Program-made: the position numbers and the translations under genes | The notes under the pieces: generated by a model | Database searches by the model: none | What the model was told of the DNA's origin: nothing | Seen by the model: only the letters and a program-made list of their open reading frames with translations | Assembly: GCA_951406725.2 (NCBI GenBank) | Contig: OX597822.1 | Coordinates: forward strand, 65,906,001-65,970,000 | DNA: 64,000 bases | Source of the DNA: Octopus vulgaris | Lineage: Eukaryota | Direction: 5' to 3' | Shown here: positions 51,880-64,000 of the stretch, one piece after another | Layout of the letters: the number at the start of each line of letters is the position of its first letter | Numbering within the stretch: the first letter of the stretch is position 1

Positions 51880-52635
51880 AGGCCATGTCTAACTTAATAG
51901 CAGCCTTCGTAAACGATATTTAATATTTCATATTACAGTCACGTTTTTGGGAAGCGTATCCCATTCAAGTAAAAAGTTATTGTTTGCAGAAATATATGCG
52001 AGTGTAGGTGGTTTATTTGGAATTTGTTGCAGACATTCCTTCACGACCCGTTCGAATCTCACGAGATCTGTTACTTCTCTTATGTGTCTTAGCCTAATGT
52101 TAATGATAGCAGGGTCAGCTGAGGTGAAATAGTTTTGCTTTGGTGTAGCGATGTCATGCGAGCATAAGTTTTGTAGAGCCTTGGGTGACTTTTAAAGTTG
52201 ATGACAACTTCATTTGGGCAGCGCAGTGGGAATGTTTTCCACAACATACAAATGATATAGATTGATATCAGCTGATATTTTTTTATAAAGATTGTCGTCT
52301 ATGTCATCTATTTTCTTTCTGTTCAATATTTATTATATATTGTTTCGTGTAGGGAAACTACAGAGGACTGTATTTGATGATGTAAATGATGTCATTAATA
52401 TAAGTAATGAAAAGGAGTGGACCCAGTGCAGTGCCTTGTAGGACTTCACTGATGACTCTTGCTGAGCTAGACCGAACCACAATTACCACCATATACAGGG
52501 TTCTGCTCATCAGGAAACATTCAATCCACTCTAATAGTTACCTTCCGACTCCAGTGTTTGATAAGTGTCTTAATAATGATGCTGTGGTTAACGTTGTCGA
52601 ATGCCTTGTTGAAGTCAAGACAGATGACATCTGCA
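51880..52635 (-). mobile_element. CR1/Jockey-group LINE reverse transcriptase fragment
   Basis: The minus strand gives DVICLDFNKAFDNVNH and VISEVLQGTALGPLLFITYINDI (RT motifs). Confidence 0.8.
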
Positions 52636-54133
52636 TAAGAACCCTCTCCAAAGCTTTTCGGATATCACAAAGTGAATTCCAAGCGAATTCCCTCCCGTTT
52701 CAGTTCTTACATGAATTCCCCCTCCTTTATATTTCCCATCTGTCACTTTGTCCTTCCCAACACACTCTCTCTCTATTTCTTTCTTATAATTCTCTAATAC
52801 TCTATCTCTGTATTTCACTCTTCTACAGGCAAACAAAGAAACAGGTGTAAGGAAAATACAAGAACACTAAAGGAGAAAGACGATTAGCAGTTGACGTCAA
52901 ACTACTTCTTGAATACTTCTCCTCTGGACACTTGAAAACTTTTCAGTCTTCGTGTGTATCTACATTTCGATAACACTACTAAATTCCAATCTGACAGATA
53001 TTAGGGCTTGGCAGCTATTTTTCAATATATGCGATATAAAATTCTTCCCTGCTAGATAGGAAATACTAATAGTTATGATTTAACAGATTCTTATTTGTAA
53101 ATATCTTAATACATATGTGCAATACACACATACACACACACTAACATCCATATTTATACATTTCCCTAATTTCACGCAATACGACAATGCCGTATTTTCT
53201 TAAGCTGGATTGCTCTGCAGATCCCAATATTGTTGTAGCTTAGGGAAATATATATATTAATATATTTTATGTAGTCTGACTGAATTTAAAGAAAAAAAAA
53301 CAATATCTCGTGGTAAATATATTAATATAAGTATGTGTTGTATACCCAAGATGTTAGTTTACTGTATATTAAAAACACAGCAGAACCTCTCTTTAGCTCG
53401 AGGGAAATGAAACTTATTGAAGTGAATTGTGTTATATGCAGACCCGAGGCACTTCTGCGTAAGAGACGAGTTGTCAATATTAATTCGAAATGACAGTGAA
53501 CCCAACCCTTTATATTTATGTATTTTGGTTTTTTCGTGCAGTAGATCTCCAGCAATGTATATGAACACCTTTATAGTTAACCTATGCCTGGGGCAAAAAT
53601 TTATAAGTATTTGCAAAAATACAACGCGGAAATATTTTCCCGTTCTACACTCTAACAAAGAGCTCAATAAACAGAGAGCATAGGGAGATATAAATTAATA
53701 TAATGTAAAGCAGTGGTTTAAAAATAATGCATAACTCATATAGTAAAGAAAATTATATTAAATATTTTAAAAACTGTTTCATGTTTCTCATAATAAAATC
53801 TCCAATCGGAAGAAAATTGTTAATGTTGCACGCTTCCAAGTAAAGTTATATAAATAAAATATTGATACATTTTTTATGCATTTATTGACGGTTCAATCAA
53901 TATATTGAAGAACAGATTCAAACAAAGAAAGTGTTCAGAGCGGCAAAGAAATTTACCGAAAGTTTGATTCGCCAGACTGTCTAACGAAGTCAGTGATTGG
54001 TAAAGTCTTGAATTCAAATTATTCCTTGTACGCACACGCACACACGCACGAGCGCATGCACACACACAGACATATACATACACATATATACACACACACA
54101 CACACATACCTGTATTTATATATATATATCCTG

Positions 54134-54173
<40 letters not shown>

Positions 54174-54485
54174 TGTATATATATATAGATATGTACATAT
54201 ATATATATATAAGTATATGTATATATTTATACATATATATATATACATACATATATATATATATACATATAAATACATATACGTATACACACACACACAC
54301 ACATGTATATATATATGTATATCGATTCCGACATGTTTAGAGTATCAAAGAATACATTAATTAGTTCATACCTGACAAACGATGCATTACGTTGAAAACT
54401 GTGTACACTCATAATGCAAACACATTCAATAAAAACACACACACACATACACACACTCTCTCACACACACATATATATACACAGA

Positions 54486-54565
<80 letters not shown>

Positions 54566-55221
54566 TATAAATTCATATTTATACAAATATATAACTAATA
54601 TACATAGTTATACAATTACAGAAATAATATATAATATATATACAGCCACGTGAACACATACACACGCAGACACGCAAACATATAAATGCAAAAAGACACA
54701 ATCACACACACACGCACACACACACACACAAACACACACACATGCACGTACGAGCATACAAACATATATATGAGAAAGAAAAGGAGGTGGTGAGGACTGA
54801 TCGAGGGTTTATTGATTTTTAGCATGTTCACCTGTACACAGTTGGATATTATAAATATTTTTGATGCCTCTTCTTAATTTACATGCTGCGTTATTCGAAT
54901 AAAGAAATTTGTTGATGCTCCATTTTCGTTGTTACTTCTGTGAATTCCTAGAGTGTTCTGGTGCAGTTAACCTCTATTAATATGGAACAATTATACTTTG
55001 AGTTGTTTTCACTATTAGGCATAGATATATCTATCAAATTTCTTCCAAAATACCCTTGTTCGTCAGAGCTTTGTATGGAAAATATGTGGGCAAAACATTG
55101 AAGGAAATGATAAAAGTATCTTCTATATCCGCCGCACATAAAGTGGAGTCTGCATTAATGCACAGAAGAAGCCAGAGAAATACAGATAGAATATCTAATA
55201 TAAGTAGCTTGGTATGTATGA

Positions 55222-55277
<56 letters not shown>

Positions 55278-55447
55278 GGAGAATTCACAAAAAATAACAA
55301 AAGACGAAGACAACAAACAGATGTATCAGTATAACGCTCGGGAAATAAAAAAATTCTTTAACGTTTCGAGCCTACGCTCTTCCGCAGAAAGGAACACAGA
55401 AAGGAACAAGGAGAGAAAATAAAGAATGTGTAGTGGCTAGTGATCTA
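55278..55447 (-). mobile_element. Penelope pLTR-like repeat between (TA)n tracts, with a hammerhead-like motif at 55356-55391
   Basis: Homologous to 2633-2900. The minus strand reads CTTT-CTGCGGA-A-GAGC-GTAG-GCTC-GAAA-CG-T-T-AAAG. Confidence 0.6.
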
Positions 55448-55478
<31 letters not shown>

Positions 55479-55550
55479 ATATGTATATATAAATATATGA
55501 AAAAACAAGTCAAGATAGAAAATGCTAAAATAATTTTCTAAAGAACATTT

Positions 55551-55587
55551 CAGTACCGGTTTCAGTCATTTGAAACCTTTTCAACTG
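55551..55587 (-). ncRNA. Putative minimal hammerhead ribozyme, inverted copy
   Basis: The minus strand reads CAG-TTGAAAA-GGTTTCAAATGACT-GAAA-CCGG-T-A-CTG. It differs from the right copy only inside stem-loop II. Confidence 0.62.
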
Positions 55588-55711
55588 TAACGAAAATTTA
55601 GAAAAATTAAAAGAAAAGGTTTTTTAAAAGAATATTTGTATAGTGTTCAAATATAAGTGACAATTTCCTTGTTTCTGCCTTTCTCTGTCTCTCTTGTTTA
55701 CAATTGTGGGA

Positions 55712-56889
55712 TCATAAATGGGGTCCGGAACTCTCGTGGGAAAAAAATTTCGTGGCCCGGTCTGTCAAAGACCCGACCATTGTTTCGTAGACACGCCGTG
55801 TCACCACCATAGTCGATTAAATTAGTTTGATAGTTGATCTCTGATTGGCTGTATGCAAATAAGTTCATAAATGGGGTCCGGAACTCTCGTGGGAAAAAAT
55901 TTCGCGTCCTGGTCTGTCAAATTCCCGACCATCGTTTCGTAGTCACGCCGTTTCAACACTATCTTTGATTAAATTAGTTTGATAGTTGATCTCTGATTGG
56001 CTGTATGCAAATAAGTTCATAAATGGGGTCCGGAACTCTCGTGGGAAAAAATTTCGCGTCCTGGTCTGTCAAATTCCCGACCATTGTTTCGTAGTCACAC
56101 CGTGTCACTACCATATTCGATTAAATTAGTTTGATAGTTGATCTCTGATTGGCTGTATGCAAATAAGTTCATAAATGGGGTCCGGAACTCTCGTGGCAAA
56201 AAAATTTCGCGTCCTGGTCTATCAAATTCCCGACCATCGTTTCGTAGTCACGCCGTTTCAACACCATCTTTGATTAAATTAGTTTGATAGTTGATCTCTG
56301 ATTGGCTGTATGCAAATAAGTTCATAAATTGGGTCCGGAACATTCGTGGGAAAAAAATTTCGCGGCCTGGTCTGTCAAAGTCCCGACCATTGTTTCGTAG
56401 TCACGGCGTGTCACTACCATAGTTGATTAAATTAGTTTGATATTTGATCTCTGATTGGCTGTATGCAAATAAGTTCATAAATGGGGTCCTGAACTGTCGT
56501 GGGAAAAAAATTTCGCGGCCCGGTCTGTCAAATTCCCGACCATTGTTTCGTAGTCACACCGTGTCACCACCATATTCGATTAAATTAGTTTGATAGTTGA
56601 TCTCTGATTGGCTGTATGCAAATAAGTTCATAAATAGGGTCCGGAACATTAGTGGGAAAAAATTTCGCGGCCTGGTCTGTCAAAGTCCCGCGTCACCACC
56701 ATAGTTGATTAAATTAGTTTGATATTTGATCTCTGATTGGCTGTATGCAAATAAGTTCATAAATGGGGTCCTGAACTGTCGTGGGAAAAAAATTTCGCGG
56801 CCTGGTCTGTCAAATTCCCTACCATTGTTTCGTAGTCATGTCGTCTCACCACCATAGTTGATTGAATTAGTTTGATAGATGGTCTCTGA
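55712..56889. repeat. Tandem array of eight ~152-153-bp units
   Basis: CATAAAT landmarks at 55713, 55866, 56018, 56170, 56323, 56476, 56629 and 56758. Unit 7 has a ~23-bp deletion and unit 8 is truncated. Confidence 0.97.
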
Positions 56890-56978
56890 ATAATGCCACT
56901 TATATTTGGACACTATACAAATATTCTTTTAAAAAACATTTTCTTTTAATTTTTCTAAAGTTAATTATTTAATCGTTC

Positions 56979-57015
56979 CAGTTGAAAAGGCCTCAATTGC
57001 CTGAAACCGGTACTG
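56979..57015 (+). ncRNA. Putative minimal type I hammerhead ribozyme (U3-A8 core variant, GUA site)
   Basis: CAG-TTGAAAA-GGCCTCAATTGCCT-GAAA-CCGG-T-A-CTG. Stem III is the palindrome ACCGGT. Confidence 0.62.
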
Positions 57016-57254
57016 AAATGTTCTTTAGAAAATTATTTTAGCATTTTCTATCTTAACTTGTTTTTTCATATATATCAACTCGTGTGTTCCTTTTCATCCT
57101 TATACATATATATATATATATATATATACGTACTCGTGTATGTATTTATGCATCTGTGCATGTATGTGCATATTTGTGTGTGTTTAAAAATTATATACAT
57201 ATATATACATATATGTACATTATCTATATATATATCTATATTTATAGCTATGTC

Positions 57255-57285
<31 letters not shown>

Positions 57286-57349
57286 CACCCTTTATTATTA
57301 CTGATAACCATATTTTATCCCAGTATATATATATACATATATATATATA

Positions 57350-58200
57350 CGTGAAGGCTGATCAATGAATACCTGGACTGTAGCCAAAGTAATGAAGTTA
57401 AAGCACCCCGAGTGTAACTGCTCGACAAAAACTGTGCTTGAAATCTGCTGTGCTAGAGCATAAACTTTTTACGTTCTAGCTCACTTCCGCTCTTCACACT
57501 AGCGCTTGGGAGGAAGGTGTGTAGCATGTGAATGTCGCGTTGACCAAGCGAGTGAAAGTTGTCATGCTGATACCGGTTCAGAGGCCTACGCAACGTTCCA
57601 GAAAGGGTACGGTGAGGAGTGTATGAGCAGCACACAAGTGTACGAGTTTTTAAGACGTTTCCAAGATTGCCAAAAAAAAATGTCGATTTTGAAGAACGTT
57701 CTGGGAGGGCCGCAGCCAGCAGAACAGAGAAAATCATCGCAGATGTGTGTGCAGATGTGTGAAGTTATACAGATGAGTTATGGTTCAGTTTAGTCCTTTA
57801 TCACTAAAGATTTGGTTATGAGACGCGTGTCTACAAAAACTGTTTCCAGCTGACCAAGAAGGCACTCGGGGTTCAGTTGCACAAGTTCTTGATTGTGTCA
57901 AGAACTTTGAAAACTGTTTCAAAACTTTGCCTAGGTCCCTGAGCGGGTATTGCCAAGCTTTTGGCAAACGATTATGCAGATTGTCTGCTCAACTTTGCCT
58001 GTCGTGGTCAATGTGACGATCACTCGCTACACACGTTCATTCCAATCACTGCTGTAAACAGCGGAAGTGAGTCAGAACGTTAAAACTTAATCCACATGCA
58101 CAAGAGTGTTTACGGTCAATCCGTGCCAAGCGACTTAACTCTACATGCTTTAGCTTTGTTACTATGGCAACAGTCCAGCTATTTATTGATAAGACCACAC
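57350..58200. mobile_element. Mariner derivative made of two inverted 5' ends
   Basis: TIR-like CTGATCAATGAATACCTGGACTG / CAGTCCAGCTATTTATTGAT. The plus strand gives SEAYATFQKGYGEECMSSTQVYEFLRRF (mariner HTH-like). CTCACTTCCGCT and GTGTAGC occur on both arms in opposite orientation. Confidence 0.72.
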
Positions 58201-58210
58201 CCACATATAT

Positions 58211-58607
58211 ATTCTTTTATCCTTTTAATTCGTTTCAGTCATTTGACTGCCGCCGTGCTGGACCACCGAATTTTAATCGAACAAATCGACCCCAAGACTT
58301 ATTCTATCGGTCACTTTTGCCGAACCGCTAGTTACGGGCATGTAAATACACCAGCACCGGTTGTCAAACGATAGTGAGAGGACAGACATGCAAACACACA
58401 CGCGAGCGCACACACACATACATACATATATATATATACATATATACGACGGGCTCCTTTCAGTTTCTGTTTACAAAATCCACTCTCGAGTCTTTGGTCG
58501 GCCCGAGGCTATAGTGGAAGACACTTGCCCAAGGTGCTACGCAGTGGGACTGAACCCGGAACTATGTGGCTGGTAAACAAGCTACTTACCACACAACCAC
58601 TCCTGCA
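58211..58607 (-). mobile_element. SINE family A
   Basis: Collinear with the other family A copies; another tail fragment lies at 58675-58760. Confidence 0.85.
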
Positions 58608-61321
58608 CATACACATGCATAAAATATATGTGTGTATACGAATTTATGCATGTGTGTATGCATGTATTCCTTTATTCTTTCATTGGTTTCAGCCATTTGA
58701 CTGCGGTCATGCTGGAGCGCCACCTTTAGACGAACAAATCGTCCCTAGGACTTATTCTTTGGAAGCAACACATCTAGGAGTTAAACGTATTGTTTGAAAC
58801 AATTTGATTCGGCTGCGTGTCACTTCAAAATTAGTAGGACCTTAACGAGAGCGCGACTGTTTCAGGCCTCTGGAATGCCGAATGGAGAGGTACGGAAAGT
58901 GCAATCTGGCTACCGTAAGATAGACTGCTACTGGTTAAGGCGAGTCACATGGTAGGAAATATTGTCAATTCCTTAGCGACATCAATTCCATCTGAAAGAG
59001 GACTTTCTTTCATGGCCGGTGTGTTGTAAGCACATGATGACATTTCGCGATGCAATCTCCAGTAGAAAACCTTCTATGTGTGTATGATATCATTTTTAGT
59101 AGGCTAGATATTACGATAAGATACAGTCAAATGTTTGACTGTTAATGATCAAAGGGAGAACTTCCTGCCTACCTACTTGTCTTATATATTACTAACCAGT
59201 TTACATATTGTAACACACTGCTCCATACGTTTCCCATTATTCATGACAGTTATTATTTTATAAAGTTTTGGCTATTATTTTAAGCTCAGAAATCCATAAT
59301 ACAGGGGTTCGTGTTTTCAAAATGTTACGTTTCAGGCTATGAACATCCAGCACGAAATATGATCCCCACATTTCAACTGCGTGCTCCCTGTTGTTTTAAT
59401 CTTTTATTGAGTTGAATTATTACTGAGCGATCTGACTGTTTTTTTTAGGCAGGAGAGGAGTCAAATCAATTATTTCTTCGGATAGGCTGTAATTATGGAA
59501 TTTTATTTAAACATGAGTTGTGTAACGTTTTCTTTTAACATGAATCATGTAATCTTTTCTGTTAGCATAAAAATGGGGTTCATTGCAAGCCAAGAAGGTA
59601 ACATCTAACCAGCTCCTTTGCCTGTTGGAAATAGCAGCTAAATCTCTCTCAGATCATGTCTCATTTTCTTAAAAAGAGAATAAGTCAGATGATAATGTGG
59701 TTGGATCTATATGCTTACTTTCGTGGAAAGAAAAGGAATATTTATTTGAAAAAATCATTGGAAATTAGGAAAAGGTTAATCTCATATCAGTCAGATCTCA
59801 CTTACATGTAAAGCGTTTTACCACCACCACCACCACCACCACCACCACTACCTTCTTTATCAATAATATCAGCGGCTGCATGAAAATAATTGTTATTCTC
59901 ATTGCCACAAGACTAAAATTTGGGACTGATGACACGTAGTAAAATTTGAAGAATTCCACGTCAAACGCAACAAAATAATTTAAGATAATGCAAAACACGG
60001 CTCGAACAAAACAATAAAACATATTATACTATTCCATTCCACTAGTTTGTACTAAAATTAGAAATAAAAACACTACAACCTATTACGACTATCAGTACTC
60101 AATAATCAATTTATATGGATTCCATAAATATCTTACTTCAATGAAACGTATCTATAACAATCTGTATGATACCAACAACAACCACAGCAACAGCACAGAC
60201 ACACGAACCAGATTAATACCCTAGCATTAAACAAAAGCGGAAAAGAGGAAAGAAGAAAAAAATGAACTCTAAAGAAGAGAATTCGCTGTTATTAATTTCA
60301 GTGTTTACTGTTATTATTATTGGTTTTCATTCATCCAAAATTCAATATGCAGTATTAAGGAAAGCCGCCATTCTCTTCATTCTTTCTTCCCAGAAGCGAG
60401 GGAATTAAAAGCTCTAATTAAGTGCCAAATCACTTCTAATAGCCTATTATAAGAATAAAAGAAGTATACTAGTATAGAGACTGTGATTGAATCTCTCCAT
60501 TTGGTCACGCAATAATAATTTCCTAATTAAAAAGTTTTGAGACAACGATACGATAATATCCAGAGGAACTTGCTAAAAGAAAAAAAAAGTTGCTATTGTT
60601 TATGGAGATAAATTGCAGACATTTTTTCAGGTTGTTTAGAGCTGATAGCAATATGTGGTTCAGCTGGCCGATCTTAATGGGAAAACGAAGTTTATTTATA
60701 GCGATACTTTTATGTGCACGTTGTAATTTGGTGCAGACATCTTGGGTTATTTTCGCCGTAATCTGACAATGATTTTTCGTTGGAAGAAAATAGCCTACTT
60801 CATAATAGGAATGTTTTGAAAATTAGGCAATCGAATAAGAAGCGTTTATAAATATATGCGGGGAAAAGGTGACTAGCTCTAATTTGAATAAATCTTCAGA
60901 AGTGAAGTGCCTAGTTAGAATCGTAGAATCACCAGACAAAATGGCTTCCAGTACTTAGCTTAGTCCCTTTACGTTCTTTGATCAAATTCCCACGGGGTCA
61001 GCTCTATATATCATTGTTTTGCTAAAGATGAAATTAGTCAACTTCACCTAATGAGATTAAATTACACGTCTCTTCCTTCGAAATTTGCATTCCTCTTAGA
61101 AGTCAATATCACATGCTTGAATGTTTACATCCATATAATAATATGACGCTTACATACTGAAGTAAAGTGTTAAACCTAGTTTATTATCCCTCTACACCTG
61201 ACCGAAAATATAAGTAAACGTCATATAATCTGTAATAAATTAATCGACTATAGCCTTCCATCATAGTGCCTATGTTAGAACGAATTATTCGTAGTTCTGC
61301 ACAAATGCATTGTTGTATAAC

Positions 61322-61615
61322 CGGCACACCCTCAGTTGCGACGACGAAGGTTCCAGTTGATCCGATCAACGGAACGGCCTGCTCAAGTTCAAGAGGCTGA
61401 GCACACCTCAGACGCGCGTACACATAACGTAGTTCTCAGGGAGATTCAGCGTGATAAGACCGGCTCTTTGAAGTAAAGGAACAACTCATTTTTGCCAGCT
61501 GAGTGAACTGGAGCATTGTGAAATAAAGCGTCTTGCTTCAGGACACGGTGCTCCGTCGGGAATCGAACTGACGATCTTCCAATTGTGAACCGATTACCCT
61601 AACCACTAAGCCACT
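61322..61615 (-). mobile_element. SINE family D
   Basis: Reverse-complement homology to 44912-45240 (CGTAGTTCTCAGGGAGATTCAG; TTTTTGCCAGCTG). Confidence 0.78.
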
Positions 61616-62266
61616 CATAGTTCCATTATTCAAAATCTGTCACATGGATTTTATGAACATTATATTCAGTTCAATTCTTTTCTGGCCAGACAGAATCTGG
61701 CATTGTACAAAGCTACATTTCCTCGGTTGCATATATTTCCTCAAAATATAATGCCATTTGCAGAATCTCACGAGCGTCTGACAATATGCTGCGGTAATTC
61801 TTCTGGAACTTTATATTCGGAGTTCAAATCCCATCACGGTAAACTTGCCATTGGGCTGTCTACGATCGATAAAATGAAATACCAGTAAAGTATAATATAA
61901 TTGACAACAACCAATGCATTCTCCGAAATATCAGGCTTCAATCAAAATTTAAAATGATATTTAGTTATGTAGGTTTATGTACCTTAGACAAATTAGCAAC
62001 AATTAGTTCTCAGTTGAGTCTGTGTAGAATTGTTCTGCAGATTTGACACAAGAATCAGCAATCTTCTTACCAAAATGAGAGGAATTCTATCAATGTTAAA
62101 TATAAATATTATACAATCCATCGAGATAGTGGCTGGACATACTAAAGAAAAGTCAGCCAACGTTCTCATATTCTTATATATGTGCGCGCGCGTATGTATG
62201 TGTTTGTGTGTATCTATACATATGTATATATGTATGTTTGTATGTGTTTTAGCGCTTATACAATCC

Positions 62267-62298
<32 letters not shown>

Positions 62299-63641
62299 CG
62301 AGGGAAATGAGACATTTGCATTTCGCAAACTTCGAATGCATAACAACGGGGAAATTAATCTCGGCCGTCATATACTGACATAATGAAGAGAAAATAATGA
62401 TCTCAAAAATATGCATTTTAATCATCAGGCCTAAGACAAAACAAAAAAAGTATGATTGTTCGAAAGTGTATATATTTTCAATTTGATCGACATAGCTTTT
62501 AATTATTTTACCAATCCCGGATATCTATCATGCAAATTCGACCGTCGCTTGCCGGATTTGCACTCAAGGACTCTCTGGGCCTAAGACGTTTGAAGATTAA
62601 TCCGATGCTCTTCCTAGTCTCTTAAATTACAGACGGATTTATATATAAATACTTTTGAAGTGAACCGTCTCGGCAGCAACAACAGGTTTAATATTGCTTT
62701 CTAATTGATTGAATATTGATTTTCAATGAGTATATTTAGTAGAAACAATCACCCAAATCAGTCATAATATAATACATATGCGACGGGAAAGGAAATCTTA
62801 CTTAATGATATCGTTTTACTTTAAATAATTCGAGAATTTCAATCAAAAATATTTAAAGAAAAGCACACATAAAGTACACAAATACCCACTCACCCACAAA
62901 CTCACAAACATATACATGATTCCTGTATTATAATATTTTCCAAAGCAGTAATTTCTAAAAATTCCTTCGAAGTAGGTTACCAGATACTTTCACCTGCAAG
63001 TGTGAAGTGACAATTATCAGGAAATATCAATTTTTTTCATAAGCTTTTCCTTGTGATATTTAAAAAATTAAAATTTCCACTTTTTTCGGTTAAAATATAA
63101 AACAAGAAGAATTCGAGAGAGAGAGAGAGGGGGGAGAGATGGAGAGAGAGAGGGAGGACTCGTTGCCAAGGTATAAAAGAAAATAAAGAAAAGTATTATG
63201 GAAGCACTGTGTCTCAGTGTAAGGGGAGATCTCGCAAGCATACTAATTGCGCAAGAGATGTAATAGAACACTCCCTGTCTGAACCCAAGTGCACTATTGC
63301 GGTTCCCCAAGTGCAATATGCAGTTAAAATCAGTGACTAATATATATATTTTAGAAATGAGGTCAGAAATTGATTTGGTTTGCGAGCGGTAGTTACATAT
63401 CAAAATGTTCAAAAGGTGGTGCCAATGTTTATGGTAACCTGACCTTTTGAGCAGCATTCTTTGTTCAGAAGGTGAAAAGTTATTTTGAAATATCAGTAGA
63501 CATGTGTATAAATTTCTACATGCATAATGCTCTAATACATAATTACACTCGCAAATATATACACTTATAATACATAAATACATACATGCAAGCGCACATG
63601 CTCCCACATATTTATTTATGTATAAATAGTGTGTGTGTGTT

Positions 63642-63683
<42 letters not shown>

Positions 63684-63713
63684 GAGAGAGACGCACACAG
63701 ACATATATATATA

Positions 63714-64000
63714 TACATGCATGGTCTGATCATTAAGTATCAGTGTTGTTGCCATAGTAACGAAGTTAAAGCACGCAGAGTAAAACCGATTGGCACAGAT
63801 TAACATCCAACTCTGCTGGGCATGCGCACTAAGTGTTACCGCTCTAATTCACTTCTGCTGTTTACAGCTGTGTCTTCGAAGGAAAGATTTTAGTATGTGA
63901 TCGTCGCATTGTCCGTGACATACATTTAAGGAGATCTTCGCAACTGAAACCCAGTGTCATTTCGGTCAGCTGAAAGCAGTTTTGACACACAGTTGGCATA
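63714..64000 (+). mobile_element. 5' end of a mariner-like element (family of 57350-58200), running off the window
   Basis: GGTCTGATCATTAAGTA...TTGCCATAGTAACGAAGTTAAAGCA...TCACTTCTGCTGTTTACAGC. Confidence 0.65.

Larger units (their letters stand above)
55493..57073. mobile_element. Non-coding element: ~170-bp inverted repeats enclosing a 153-bp tandem array
   Basis: 55493-55662 is the reverse complement of 56894-57073, with a few substitutions and one indel. Both ends abut TA-rich tracts. Confidence 0.85.

Noticed and set aside
55712-56889. CRISPR-like array (invariant 37-bp block separated by more variable sequence)
   Set aside because: The intervening ~116-bp segments are homologous to each other rather than unique spacers. 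There are no cas genes and the context is eukaryotic.
63068-63607. 179-aa minus-strand ORF
   Set aside because: No recognisable domain; it includes microsatellite-derived segments and is probably a chance ORF.

Overview
This is AT-rich, microsatellite-saturated eukaryotic DNA with no recognisable host protein-coding exon. The repeat families (tRNA-derived SINEs with internal TA/TG microsatellites, plus mariner, RTE and Penelope-like elements) suggest a cephalopod, probably octopus, intron or intergenic region; this is an inference. Almost all ORFs in the track are microsatellite artefacts. The coding remnants I could recognise are all transposon-derived: an apparently young Neptune-type Penelope GIY-YIG endonuclease fragment (28309-29028, minus), a near full-length mariner (40322-41598), deleted mariners, a DD37D/maT-like element, and hAT, RTE, CR1-like and R4/Dong-like fragments. 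The most notable structure is a pair of elements bounded by long inverted repeats, each arm carrying an outward-facing minimal type I hammerhead-ribozyme motif with a non-canonical core. One (28013-29219) encloses the GIY-YIG ORF. The other (55493-57073) encodes nothing and encloses eight ~153-bp tandem units with an invariant CCAAT+octamer block plus CSL- and E2F-like sites. A third hammerhead-like family occurs twice. All of these lie at or near (TA)n tracts. Ribozyme calls come from manual folding and are untested.
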